Source: an uncultured virus (IMG/VR IMGVR_UViG_3300031566_000004)
Taxonomy: Duplodnaviria > Heunggongvirae > Uroviricota > Caudoviricetes
Strand: one strand, 5' to 3'
Length of the DNA: 57,051 nt
IMG/VR virus record: IMGVR_UViG_3300031566_000004
A program made the translations under genes and the position numbers. Numbering within the stretch: position 1 is the first letter of the stretch; the number at the start of each line of letters is the position of its first letter. This document shows, piece by piece, positions 9,500 through 19,600 of the stretch. The notes beneath the pieces were generated by a model. That model did not search any database. It had not been told where the DNA came from and saw only the letters and a list, made by a program, of their open reading frames with translations.

Positions 9500-10978
9500 A
9501 TGTTACCTACAAATAATAATAGTGCAAAAGGTTGCACACCCCAATCATCAAGCTGTGTAATCTGGAATGGTCCAGATTTACCTTGTATAAATTTATGTAA
9601 AGGTGACACTATAGATGAAATCTTATTTCAAATAGCTACAGAACTATGTGAAGTATTAGATATACTAAACTTAGATAATTATGATGATGTCCCTACAGAC
9701 ATTGATGATATGCAGGGGTTAATACAAGCTATTATAAATGTATTAAATCAACAAAATCCTGATATACCAGTTACACCTGGAACAGAAACATGTACATGCC
9801 CTGTAACTTTAGCTGATTGTTTTCAGTATCAAAATCAATTTGGTGATACTATAACAGAGTTACCATTAATAGACTACGCAAGATTAATTGCTGAAAGAAT
9901 ATGTGATCTTATTGATCAAGTTGACACTAACAGTACAGCGATTATACAGCTTAATGCTACAACAGAAAATTTACAAAATCAAATAGATGCTATTATTATA
10001 AATAATGGTGAAGTACAGTACTACTCTAATATCACAAATACCACAGGCCCTTTATCTGAAGGAGTAAGATCTATAGAAGATTTACTGTTAGACCTTATTA
10101 ATGCAACAGGAAATTCTGGAGATATTTACCAAGCAATGCTTGCTTCAGGTGCTAATATAAACACAGCAGATAGATGTGATGGATTAGGTATTATGTCGTC
10201 TATTCCTGGGTGGGTTACAAGTCCAGCATCCTTAGCTGATAGTTTTAATAACATGTGGTTAGCTGTATTAGATTTAAAGTCTACTTGTGGAGATTGTTGT
10301 GATGGAGGTGGTACAGGTTGTTCAGGAATAACATTAAATTTCAGGGCAGTTTTAGAAACAGGTGGTTCTGACTTGTCACTATATTTAGATGGTTCTACAA
10401 TACCTTCTGGTTTTCAAGATTGTTCACCTTTAGGTTCATCTGTGACTATAATGGATAACTTAGGTAACAACACAACAGTAAACTTAAATATTATAACAAC
10501 ATCTAATACTCCAGCAGGTCAAACTTTTGATTTAGATGTTACACCTATTAACACAACAGCTGATTTAACTATTACGTTAAACTCTTGCTTGTATAACCCG
10601 TTAACACAAACTACTTGTGAGAAAACATATACTTATTATATCTATCCATCATTAGCTTGTCCTAATATGACAATTAATGCATTACCTGATGGAGCGATAT
10701 TAGCATTTACATCGTTAAACATAGGTACAACTTATATTGTGAAAACATATGTTAGTGGTTCTGCTGTTGCAACACAAACAACTAATTTCCCAGCTGCCGC
10801 TGCAACTGAAAATATTACTTTATCAGGATTACCTATAAACACAGCATATGACGTAGAAGTAACTGTAGCAGGAGCTAACGGTAACATGATGACATGTCCA
10901 AGACAAACTTTCACAACAATGTTTGTTTCTTGTCAACCACCTACAGTAAATAATGCAACATTAGTAATATTACCTTAA
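9500..10978 (+). CDS. Cys-rich tail fibre-like protein with coiled coil and C-terminal Ig/FN3-like domains
   Basis: N-terminal CVxWxGxxLxC module, heptad segment, and FN3-like LSGLPINTAYDVEVT motif. Confidence 0.6.
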   Translation: MLPTNNNSAKGCTPQSSSCVIWNGPDLPCINLCKGDTIDEILFQIATELCEVLDILNLDNYDDVPTDIDDMQGLIQAIINVLNQQNPDIPVTPGTETCTCPVTLADCFQYQNQFGDTITELPLIDYARLIAERICDLIDQVDTNSTAIIQLNATTENLQNQIDAIIINNGEVQYYSNITNTTGPLSEGVRSIEDLLLDLINATGNSGDIYQAMLASGANINTADRCDGLGIMSSIPGWVTSPASLADSFNNMWLAVLDLKSTCGDCCDGGGTGCSGITLNFRAVLETGGSDLSLYLDGSTIPSGFQDCSPLGSSVTIMDNLGNNTTVNLNIITTSNTPAGQTFDLDVTPINTTADLTITLNSCLYNPLTQTTCEKTYTYYIYPSLACPNMTINALPDGAILAFTSLNIGTTYIVKTYVSGSAVATQTTNFPAAAATENITLSGLPINTAYDVEVTVAGANGNMMTCPRQTFTTMFVSCQPPTVNNATLVILP

Positions 10979-10987
10979 GAATAGATT

Positions 10988-12292
10988 ATGAATTGTAATA
11001 CATGTAGTAAAAAATATAGCAAGTGTTTATGTAAAGATAATCCTTTGGTAACACCGCCAGATTATATTGCATCAACAGATAATTGTCCTGATCCTGAAAC
11101 ATGTTCTGAGACATTTGACGCTGCTTGTATATGTTATTCAGGTGAAACATTAGATTGTCCAGGTGTAATTACTATAGAACATGAGCAAAGATTAAATGAT
11201 ATCTTATATAATATTGCTAATGCTCTATGTAATGCTTCAGATTATGCTATAGAAGTTTTTGATGAGGGTAACTTAATTACACCATCAATGGCTAGTATTA
11301 ATTTTATAGGAGCACCTATAACAGCAACATCAGACATTAATGGTAATGTTACAGTAGAAGTTACTCCAGGAATTAACGGTACTGATGGTACAAATGGTGT
11401 TGATGGTACTGATGGTGTAGACGGCTTAGGTTATGATAATATGACCTCAGTAACACCAATATATTATAATGTTATTATACCTCATACATTAACAACTACT
11501 ATTGACCCGCAAAAAGCTGTAACAGCAGGTACTAGACTTAGATACGTAGATGTATCTGACGTAAACACATGGGCGGAAGGTATTGTTAATTCTTATAATG
11601 TTTTAACAGGAGCTTGTAATATTACATTTGATAGAAAAAATGGTCTTAGTATAGTAGTTAGTAATCACACTGTTACAGTTATAGGTGAACCGGGCTTAAG
11701 AGGTTTGGATGGTCCACAAGGACCAACAGGAGCGACAGGCCCACAAGGTCCAGCAGGTCCGGGATTAGATTTAAACTTTAACACACCAGACGTAACATTG
11801 GATTTAAATACATCTAATGTTGCATTTGCATCACAGTGGGTTAATCCAGCCTATCTTCCATCTCAAACAAAATATGGTCAACTTTTATACTGGAATGTAA
11901 GTAGTTCTTTATGTTATGTATCCCTTTTTATGATAGTCAATGTAGATAGAGTAGTTGGTACAGGGGCTCTTACATGGAATAGAAGATTAGTAAATCCCCA
12001 AAATCTTATTCAAATTACCGGGTTACCTTTTACGCCTAAATTGGGAAATAGTATTGGGACTGGTTATAACTATAATTTAAATATTGGTGCACATTTCCAC
12101 GGATTTCTTAATGATATAGATTATCCAGATGCATCAGGTGCATATGAGGGACATGAAGTAATTCCATTTAATGGGACAGGTAGTAATGGACTTGTTACAT
12201 CACAATTAACTGCAACATACGGGTATCATGCGCCCGCCATTAGAAATTTTACAATGCACTTACAATTTCAAGGATACATATTTAAAGATTAA
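10988..12292 (+). CDS. Tail fibre / receptor-binding protein with collagen-like repeats
   Basis: G-X-Y repeats (GTDGTNGVDGTDGVDG; GPQGPTGATGPQGPAGPG), Cys-rich N-terminus and beta-rich C-terminal tip. Confidence 0.7.
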   Translation: MNCNTCSKKYSKCLCKDNPLVTPPDYIASTDNCPDPETCSETFDAACICYSGETLDCPGVITIEHEQRLNDILYNIANALCNASDYAIEVFDEGNLITPSMASINFIGAPITATSDINGNVTVEVTPGINGTDGTNGVDGTDGVDGLGYDNMTSVTPIYYNVIIPHTLTTTIDPQKAVTAGTRLRYVDVSDVNTWAEGIVNSYNVLTGACNITFDRKNGLSIVVSNHTVTVIGEPGLRGLDGPQGPTGATGPQGPAGPGLDLNFNTPDVTLDLNTSNVAFASQWVNPAYLPSQTKYGQLLYWNVSSSLCYVSLFMIVNVDRVVGTGALTWNRRLVNPQNLIQITGLPFTPKLGNSIGTGYNYNLNIGAHFHGFLNDIDYPDASGAYEGHEVIPFNGTGSNGLVTSQLTATYGYHAPAIRNFTMHLQFQGYIFKD

Positions 12293-12317
12293 AAAAATTA
12301 AAAATAAATAATATATT

Positions 12318-13469
12318 ATGCCAGCAAATAATGCTCAATTAACCGTAAATTTCACATCTCAGACACTTGGTGATCATAGAGTATGTTGGAGAATTCAAGG
12401 TGTAGGTGCATATGATTGTACAACTATAATTAACTGTCCAGTAGGTGTTACTTGTGACGCTATGATCGGTTTATATGTGAACCCTGAAGAGTGTGAAGAT
12501 ACAGTCATAGAAGGATATGTCCAACCATTATGTAATGATGTAATTAGTTTAACAGGTAGGATACCTTTTACAGCAACATTAGTAGCTAACCCTACCTGTA
12601 TATCTTATCAAGTAACATGTAATTCAGTAGAATTAGAAAGAATAGATGTAATTAGTCCTGGTATAAATTATACCGCTGGGGCAACGTTAGCCCTTACAGT
12701 AGATGGGTCAGCTACAGCTGAATGCACCGTAGGTCTTGGTGAAATATATGATTATAATATTTTAACTGCAGGTACACTTTACTTGCCAGGAGATGTAGTT
12801 AATGTTATAGATTCAGGAGCAGGAGCAGGGGCGACTATACAAGTATTAACAGTAGGTGGATCTGGTGAAATTTTAACTTTAGATCTTATAGCCGTAGGAA
12901 CAGCATACTCTGGACCTAGTGTATCTAGTATTACTAGTGCGTCAGGAGTTGGAGCTACTATATCTTTAAGTACTGACTACGGTATTATTTCTGGAACTAA
13001 CGTATTAATACCTGGTTCAGGTTATAATTCAGTACCTTCTGTAAGTATTACTACACCAGGATCAGGCTTAGGTGCGCAATTTTTAGCAGTATTAAAAACA
13101 TGTTCTGATTTCATAGGAACTTATTGTGATGGAACACTTGACAATAAAATACCATCACCACCTTTAGGTGTCGCAACTACTTTCTGTCTACAAGCAGCCC
13201 CTACAGTATTTGAAACTTATTCTGTAGACCAAGCAGGTTGTTGTTCAGCTGATTGTTGGACATATACATTTGAACATAATTCATCAACAGACGGACCTGT
13301 TGATTTTAAATGGACAGAATGTGGGGGACTACAGAATGTAGTAACATTAAATAATGGGGAAAATTTAGAAGTATGTGCAGTAGATGGTTCGCCATATATA
13401 GTTGATTCTCCTAGTATTTTAGAACCGCTTAATGTAACTATCTCTATAGATACTCCGTGTACGATATAA
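12318..13469 (+). CDS. Cys/Gly/Thr-rich putative tail appendage protein
   Basis: Repeated I/V-x-x-x-G-x-x-Y beta motifs (PGINY, AGTLY, VGTAY, PGSGY) seen in phage structural proteins; Cys-rich ends. Confidence 0.55.
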   Translation: MPANNAQLTVNFTSQTLGDHRVCWRIQGVGAYDCTTIINCPVGVTCDAMIGLYVNPEECEDTVIEGYVQPLCNDVISLTGRIPFTATLVANPTCISYQVTCNSVELERIDVISPGINYTAGATLALTVDGSATAECTVGLGEIYDYNILTAGTLYLPGDVVNVIDSGAGAGATIQVLTVGGSGEILTLDLIAVGTAYSGPSVSSITSASGVGATISLSTDYGIISGTNVLIPGSGYNSVPSVSITTPGSGLGAQFLAVLKTCSDFIGTYCDGTLDNKIPSPPLGVATTFCLQAAPTVFETYSVDQAGCCSADCWTYTFEHNSSTDGPVDFKWTECGGLQNVVTLNNGENLEVCAVDGSPYIVDSPSILEPLNVTISIDTPCTI

Positions 13470-13511
13470 TAGTAAAGTGGTAATTTTGTTGGTTTTATCC
13501 ACTAACTATAG

Positions 13512-13544
13512 ATCTCGGTAGGTTGATACTTACCGAGATTTTTT
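13512..13544 (+). terminator. Intrinsic terminator
   Basis: ATCTCGGTAGG / TTGATA / CTTACCGAGAT plus T-run. Confidence 0.8.
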
Positions 13545-13586
13545 ATATATTTACAACAATAAGCCTTTAAGGCGTAAAATATACTT

Positions 13587-14369
13587 ATGATAAAGAGACT
13601 ATTCTATGATATTGAAACATCATTCTGTGAAGGTCATTTCTGGAGACCGGGTTATAATCAGTTAATACTTCCAGATCAAATAATTAAGTACGCACAAATA
13701 ATATCTATATCTTGGAAGTGGGAAGGTGATGATAAAGTTTATCATGTTGATTGGGGTATAAACAAACAGTGTGACAAAAAATTATTAAAAACTTTTATTA
13801 AGGAATTAGACAAAGCTGACGAAATTGTAGCTCATAACGGTGACAGGTTTGATATTAAATGGATAAGAACAAGAGCTTTGTTTCATGATATAGAAATGAG
13901 AGATACATATATAATGATAGATACATTAAAATTATGTAAAAAATATTTCAATCTACCTTCTAACAAATTATCTGAAGTTGCTAAATACTTTAACTTAACT
14001 AGAAAAATAGATTCAGGGGGTATGAATACTTGGATGAGAATAGTATTCCATAAAGACAAAGAAGCTTTAAATCATTTACATTATTATTGTGACGGTGATG
14101 TTATTACTTTAGAGGAGGTATATAATAAGTTAAAACCTTATGTTAGAAATAAATCTAATTATGCTGTATTAACAGGGGGTGATAGGTTTTCTTGCCCAGA
14201 ATGCAATAGTAACCATGTCCATTTAAATAAAACATATACTACAGCCGCCGGAACTTTACAACATTTTATGAGATGTGCTGATAAAAGTTGTAGACAACCT
14301 TTTAAAATAAATAACAAAACATATCAAGATTTCTTATCATTTAAAATAAGAAATAACATAAAAAAATAG
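13587..14369 (+). CDS. DnaQ/RNase H-fold 3'-5' exonuclease (DEDD) with C-terminal zinc ribbon
   Basis: ExoI LFYDIETS, ExoII AHNGDRFD, ExoIII YCDGD, and CPEC...CxxxxC. Confidence 0.85.
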   Translation: MIKRLFYDIETSFCEGHFWRPGYNQLILPDQIIKYAQIISISWKWEGDDKVYHVDWGINKQCDKKLLKTFIKELDKADEIVAHNGDRFDIKWIRTRALFHDIEMRDTYIMIDTLKLCKKYFNLPSNKLSEVAKYFNLTRKIDSGGMNTWMRIVFHKDKEALNHLHYYCDGDVITLEEVYNKLKPYVRNKSNYAVLTGGDRFSCPECNSNHVHLNKTYTTAAGTLQHFMRCADKSCRQPFKINNKTYQDFLSFKIRNNIKK

Positions 14370-14385
14370 TTATCTTAAATAAAAT

Positions 14386-14418
14386 ATAGCAAGGACTACT
14401 CAATTAAGTCTTTGTTAT
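14386..14418 (+). terminator. 12-bp hairpin after the exonuclease gene (possible terminator)
   Basis: ATAGCAAGGACT / AGTCTTTGTTAT with two G-U pairs; weak T-tract. Confidence 0.4.
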
Positions 14419-14441
14419 TCTCATTAATTTTTAGTATTTTA
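14411..14441 (+). promoter_or_regulatory. Putative promoter TTTG-N20-TATTTTA
   Basis: Bacteroidota-like spacing; TTTTAGTATTTTA resembles the repeated late motif; ATG only 4 nt downstream. Confidence 0.45.
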
Positions 14442-14445
14442 TAGT

Positions 14446-15018
14446 ATGGAAGGTTTTAAAAAACCAGATCTTAATGCCCCTAGAAAAAGAAAAAAAAGTC
14501 TAAATTTATTAGACCATAACTTTTATAAGGAGTTTAAGGAAAGAAACCCTGAGTATGCTGATTTAGATAATAGCATAATTAAAGAAGTAGTAAGATCATT
14601 TAATGAAGAAATCTATAATAATGTTATAGAAAATCGTGATGGTGTAGAACTTCCTGAAAACTTAGGAATAATTTTTATAGGATCTTGTCAAAAGTCTTCT
14701 AAAATAAATATAGATTACAAAAAATCTAAAGAATATGGTGTTAAGGTAAAACATAAAAATTGGGACTCAGATGATCTTCTGATGAAAATATTTTATACAA
14801 ACTATAACAATAGAACTTTATTTAGATTTAGAAATTTATGGCGATTTAAACCACATAGAAATTTTGCAAGAAAAGCTTCTGCAATTTATCGTAAAGGTTT
14901 TAATAAGTATGTTAGAGTAAAATCAGGAATATCTGTTTCAGGTCTATACAAGAATACTGAAATGAAAACTATAAAAGATGGAAACTACAATAGGAGAGAC
15001 AATATCAAGAGTACGTAA
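14446..15018 (+). CDS. IHF/HU-like DNA-binding protein of the crAss tail module
   Basis: Basic protein with IKEVVRSFNEEI...GVELPENLGxI HU-like pattern, located directly before the ring proteins. Confidence 0.6.
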   Translation: MEGFKKPDLNAPRKRKKSLNLLDHNFYKEFKERNPEYADLDNSIIKEVVRSFNEEIYNNVIENRDGVELPENLGIIFIGSCQKSSKINIDYKKSKEYGVKVKHKNWDSDDLLMKIFYTNYNNRTLFRFRNLWRFKPHRNFARKASAIYRKGFNKYVRVKSGISVSGLYKNTEMKTIKDGNYNRRDNIKST

Positions 15019-15664
15019 TATTATGAAGGCAGTTAAAGAAGATGCCTTTGTAACAGATAGATTTTTATATAGTCTTATTCTTAAATATGGAAAAGCATTT
15101 ATTAAAATGCAAAAAGATCAAGATCAAATACAAAAACTTGCTGGTCTTTATAAGTCTGTTCCATGTGTTGAACTAATTCCTGTAGACAAAATAGAAGCTT
15201 GTTGTGGAGGTATTAAGACCAATTGCACAATAATGCGGACTAAGAACAAACTCCCAGATGTTATGTCTAGTAATTCAGGACCTATGTTTAGAACATTATC
15301 CTCAATAGATGGTTCTATAGAAATTCATCCTACTGAGCCTAGAACTTATACAGCAATGGCTAATTCTACAACCTTTAAATATAATAATAAAAAATATTAT
15401 TGGTATATAAATAATTATTTATACTTCCCTAATATATCGTGGCCTTCTGTTAAAGTAGAGGCTATATGGGAAGGTGATATTTCTTCTATAGCATGTGATG
15501 CAAAAGATAGCGATGAGACTTGTCCTAAAAGACAAGACCAATTATCAGCTATTCCTGATTATTTATTTGCAGAAGTAGAAAAACAAGTTTTACAAGAATT
15601 AGGTATTACAACAAGAATACCACCAGACTTAGGAGGTGACGATAAACAAAGCATATATAGATAA
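14978..15664 (+). CDS. Ring / tail tubular protein
   Basis: 228 aa; YYWYINNYLYF and C-terminal IPDYL..EVEKQV...DD pattern; IHF-ring-ring-muzzle synteny. Confidence 0.6.
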   Translation: METTIGETISRVRNIMKAVKEDAFVTDRFLYSLILKYGKAFIKMQKDQDQIQKLAGLYKSVPCVELIPVDKIEACCGGIKTNCTIMRTKNKLPDVMSSNSGPMFRTLSSIDGSIEIHPTEPRTYTAMANSTTFKYNNKKYYWYINNYLYFPNISWPSVKVEAIWEGDISSIACDAKDSDETCPKRQDQLSAIPDYLFAEVEKQVLQELGITTRIPPDLGGDDKQSIYR

Positions 15665-16623
15665 TGAATACACTACTTAAATATAGGTCATTTGATGAGC
15701 TTTACGATGAGGCCACTATTGACATAAGGAATATTACATTAGAGGGTAATCTAAATCCACATGCTTTAATCAAAACAGTTAGAAAGCTTAATCATGATTT
15801 AGGTCTCAGAATATATAGAGAATCTGAAGAAGTTATAGATGTAGAAAAAGGAAGAGCGAAATTACCTGAAGATTTCTATAGTTTAAACTATGCTATGGTT
15901 TGTGGTGAATATAGCTGGACTGAAGTATTACCTCAAGGAACTCATATAGAAGATAAAATGATTCCTAAGTATACACCAATGCAAGAACCAGTTCCTTGTG
16001 TAGATGCTTGTAATACTAAAGACCCTTGTGATCCGTGTAATGATCCCTGTAGTGATGAAAATTTAGCTTGTTCACCTAGAGTTTGTTTAACTAAATGTGG
16101 TGATGAATATATATTAGAACAAAAGATTAAGACCCGTACACGCTCTTTTAAAACATTTTACCCTCTACGTATCAAAGATACAAGAGAAGTGAACTGTAAG
16201 TGTCCTAATTTGCGTTTATTTGGTGCACCTAATGAAGCTAGAATAGACAATGGTTGGTTAAAAGCTAATTTTGAAACAGGCAAGGTATATTTAAACTACA
16301 TGGCTGATATGGTTGACCTTGAAGGTAACCTATTAGTTCCAGATCATGAACTTATAAATGAGTATTACGAATATGCTGTAAAAGAGAAAGTTTTAGAGAA
16401 TATGATGTACGACGGTAAAAACGTTGGGAATTTACTTCAGTATACTCAACAAAAATTAAGAGCTGCTAGAAATAACGCTGTTAGTTATGTTAACACTCCT
16501 AATTTTGAAGAGATGAAAAAACTTCATGAAGTGAACAGAGCTGCTCAATACAGTAAATATTACGACATGTTTAAATCATCACCTAATAACCCAAGTAACG
16601 CGTATAGAAACGGTAATGGCTAA
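15664..16623 (+). CDS. Ring / tail tubular protein with Cys-rich insertion
   Basis: GRAKLPxDF, NFETGKVYLNY, DxEGNLLVPD motifs; coupled to both neighbours. Confidence 0.65.
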   Translation: MNTLLKYRSFDELYDEATIDIRNITLEGNLNPHALIKTVRKLNHDLGLRIYRESEEVIDVEKGRAKLPEDFYSLNYAMVCGEYSWTEVLPQGTHIEDKMIPKYTPMQEPVPCVDACNTKDPCDPCNDPCSDENLACSPRVCLTKCGDEYILEQKIKTRTRSFKTFYPLRIKDTREVNCKCPNLRLFGAPNEARIDNGWLKANFETGKVYLNYMADMVDLEGNLLVPDHELINEYYEYAVKEKVLENMMYDGKNVGNLLQYTQQKLRAARNNAVSYVNTPNFEEMKKLHEVNRAAQYSKYYDMFKSSPNNPSNAYRNGNG

Positions 16624-19600
16624 GAAAAATAAATCACAAAATTTATCACACGAAGATAAGCGTGCTTATAATTTAGGCATGGTTAAGGATTTAAATGCAT
16701 CCTTTCTACCTAACGGTTCGTGGGCTTCAGCTAGAAACGCTAATAATAATTCACAAGAAGGTGATTTAGGTGTTATAGGTAACGAGCCTTCTAATGCATT
16801 ATGTGTATCTATAAATTACACTATAATAGGTAAGATAAAATTATATGATGATAAATGGTTATTATTTTCTACAGATAATTCAGCATCAGAAATTGCTATA
16901 TTTGACGAGTCTGCTTGTACTTATGAACCAATAGTTAATGATACTTGTTTAGGATTTAAAACAACACATTTAATAACCGGCGAGTCTAAAGAAAATTTCG
17001 ACTGTTCTTATCAAGCATATTGGGCAGATAATTTAAACCCAGATAGAACATTAAACATAAGTAATATTCCATATAAAGGGCAGTACCAACCTATACCTAG
17101 TAATCCTAGTTGTGTGGAATTTATAGAAGATTTTCCTAAAAGACTTGATTGTGAGCAAATTAGGTTAATACCTTTAACTAAACAGCCTTGTTTCACCGTA
17201 AAAAAAGCTACATTAGGTGGCCAATTATTTAACGGGTCATATTCTGTAACAGGAGCTTACACACTAAATGGTCAAGTTGTGTCTGATTATTTTTCAGTGT
17301 CTAACGTGCAACCTATATTTGAACATGAGAATGTTGCGGGTTCTATAGACATTACTGTTAATAATATGGAAGATGAAAGTTATGACGAGTTTAAGCTTGT
17401 CGTAATAGCTGTAGTTAATAGTCAAACTAAAGCATATGACTTAGGTATATACTCTACTAGGGAAAAATATATTTATATAGATTACTTAGATCAAGCTTTA
17501 CCTTCTGTACCATTAGACACTATAATGATAAGAACGCCTAATTATGATCGTTCTGAGTCTATACATAGAAATGGTGAGTACTTGATGCGAGTAGCTCCTT
17601 CAGCTAAATTTGATTTTAATTATCAACCAACAGCTAATAATATAGTTACTAAATGGTCTTGTGTAGAATATCCTGCAGATTATTATAATAAAGGAGGATC
17701 TAACCCTAGTTTCTTAAGAGATGAAGTATATGCGTTATTTATAAGATTTGTTTATAATACAGGTGAAAAGTCTTCATCTTATCATATTCCGGGAAGAAAT
17801 CCTAATGCAACAGACACACAAACTATTAATGATAGTAATACAATAGAAGGAGCTAATACACCTAGATGGAAAGTATATAATACTGCAACGTTTACATTAC
17901 TTACACCCACTCAAGTAGATACTAATGGTTATGAGATAGCCGAAGGACTTATGGGTTATTGGGAGTCTACAGAAAAATATCAAGATAATAAACCAGATGT
18001 TTGGGGTAATCTATGCGGTAAAAATATTAGACACCATAAGTTTCCAGATACAACTACAGATGGTGTATTATCTACAAGATGTAATCACTTTGACCAACAG
18101 GGCACACCTGGCACACCTTTTTCTACAGAAAGAGTAATAAGAATAATGGGTGTTAAGTTTTCTAATATAGAATACCCTAAAGACAATCAAGGAGTTCCTA
18201 TAGACGGAATAGTTGGTTATGAAATACTAAGAGGTTCTAGAGAGGGTAATAAGTCTATTATAGCTAAAGGTATGTTTAATAACATGATTGGGTACGTCTT
18301 ACCCGAACATGAAGACAAAGACAACGTACCGGCTAATACTGCACAACTAAACGCTGATTACCCTAAAAAAGGGTTATACCAAAATTACCCTTTTAATGAT
18401 TTAAGACCTGACCCGTTTATTTATAAAAAATTAGAAAGACTTAATGGTAGAAACGTACCTCAATATGCTTATGCTAATAATTTAGTTAACTGGGATTACT
18501 TATCTTTTCATTCACCAGATACGCAGTTTAGAAATCCTTTCTTATCAGCACAAGAATTGAAGCTTTATGGTGCGTTAAGAGGTACAGCTACAGGCAGATT
18601 TAAAGAGCCTGAAGGACACCCTATGCACAAAATTATAACAGACTTTAGTTTTATAGTTGCTGCAATAGGTGGTATTGGTATAGCAGCAGCAGCTTTAGCT
18701 CCGGAAGTTAGGTCTCATTACGGTACAAACTGGGTCAGTGATACTAAACTTGACTCAAATATTTTAGGTACTGGGGGCGGTTTTGCACCGGCTTTTTGGG
18801 GTATGGGTACAGGAGGATCGATAGGTGGATGGGGTTTTGCTGCTGATATTTTGAGTACATCAGGAGCTTTACAAATAGCAGATTTAATATCAGCAGGTTT
18901 CTCCACGACAGCACTAACTACCACATATGATATATTAGCAATATTAGCTGGTATAACTACAGGATCAACTCCCGAATATACTCTTGAAATGACTGCTGCA
19001 GGTAAAAGTGGTTTAAACCCTATTATAAGAGCATTACAATATTTACCAGCTATTGCTTTATATTGGTCACAAGGTACAGATGAAATGTTAAGATTAATAA
19101 GAAATCTTATTCGATTTGAACAATATGCATTAGCTTATGAATCTCATTGTGAATATGATCAATTAATAGATCTAGGTTTAAGTGGTGTTAGGCGTAAAGT
19201 AAAAAATTCAAGATATATTAAAGATGGTTTTCAAGATTATGATTTGAAAACTAAAATAAATAATTTGTATAGAGGTCATTATGTTTGTGTTAATACAGAA
19301 CAAAGCATACCTTCAGGACATCCTCAAGTAAATTATGACAATACACGTAATACATTAGGTACAATAAGAAATGGTGCTGACTTAAAAGGTACATTTGGTT
19401 CAGCTACTGTGGCTAATAGCCCTTATGCACCTCAAGTATCTTATAATGAACCAACTAAATGGTTTAATACACAATCACAATGTTATTACGGGGCATTAAA
19501 AGTATTTATAGATAACCAATATGGTCAACTTAATAATAGAATAAAACAAATACCTATAGGATGTATTCAACCTATTTTAAATCTAAGCACTAGGTTTGAA

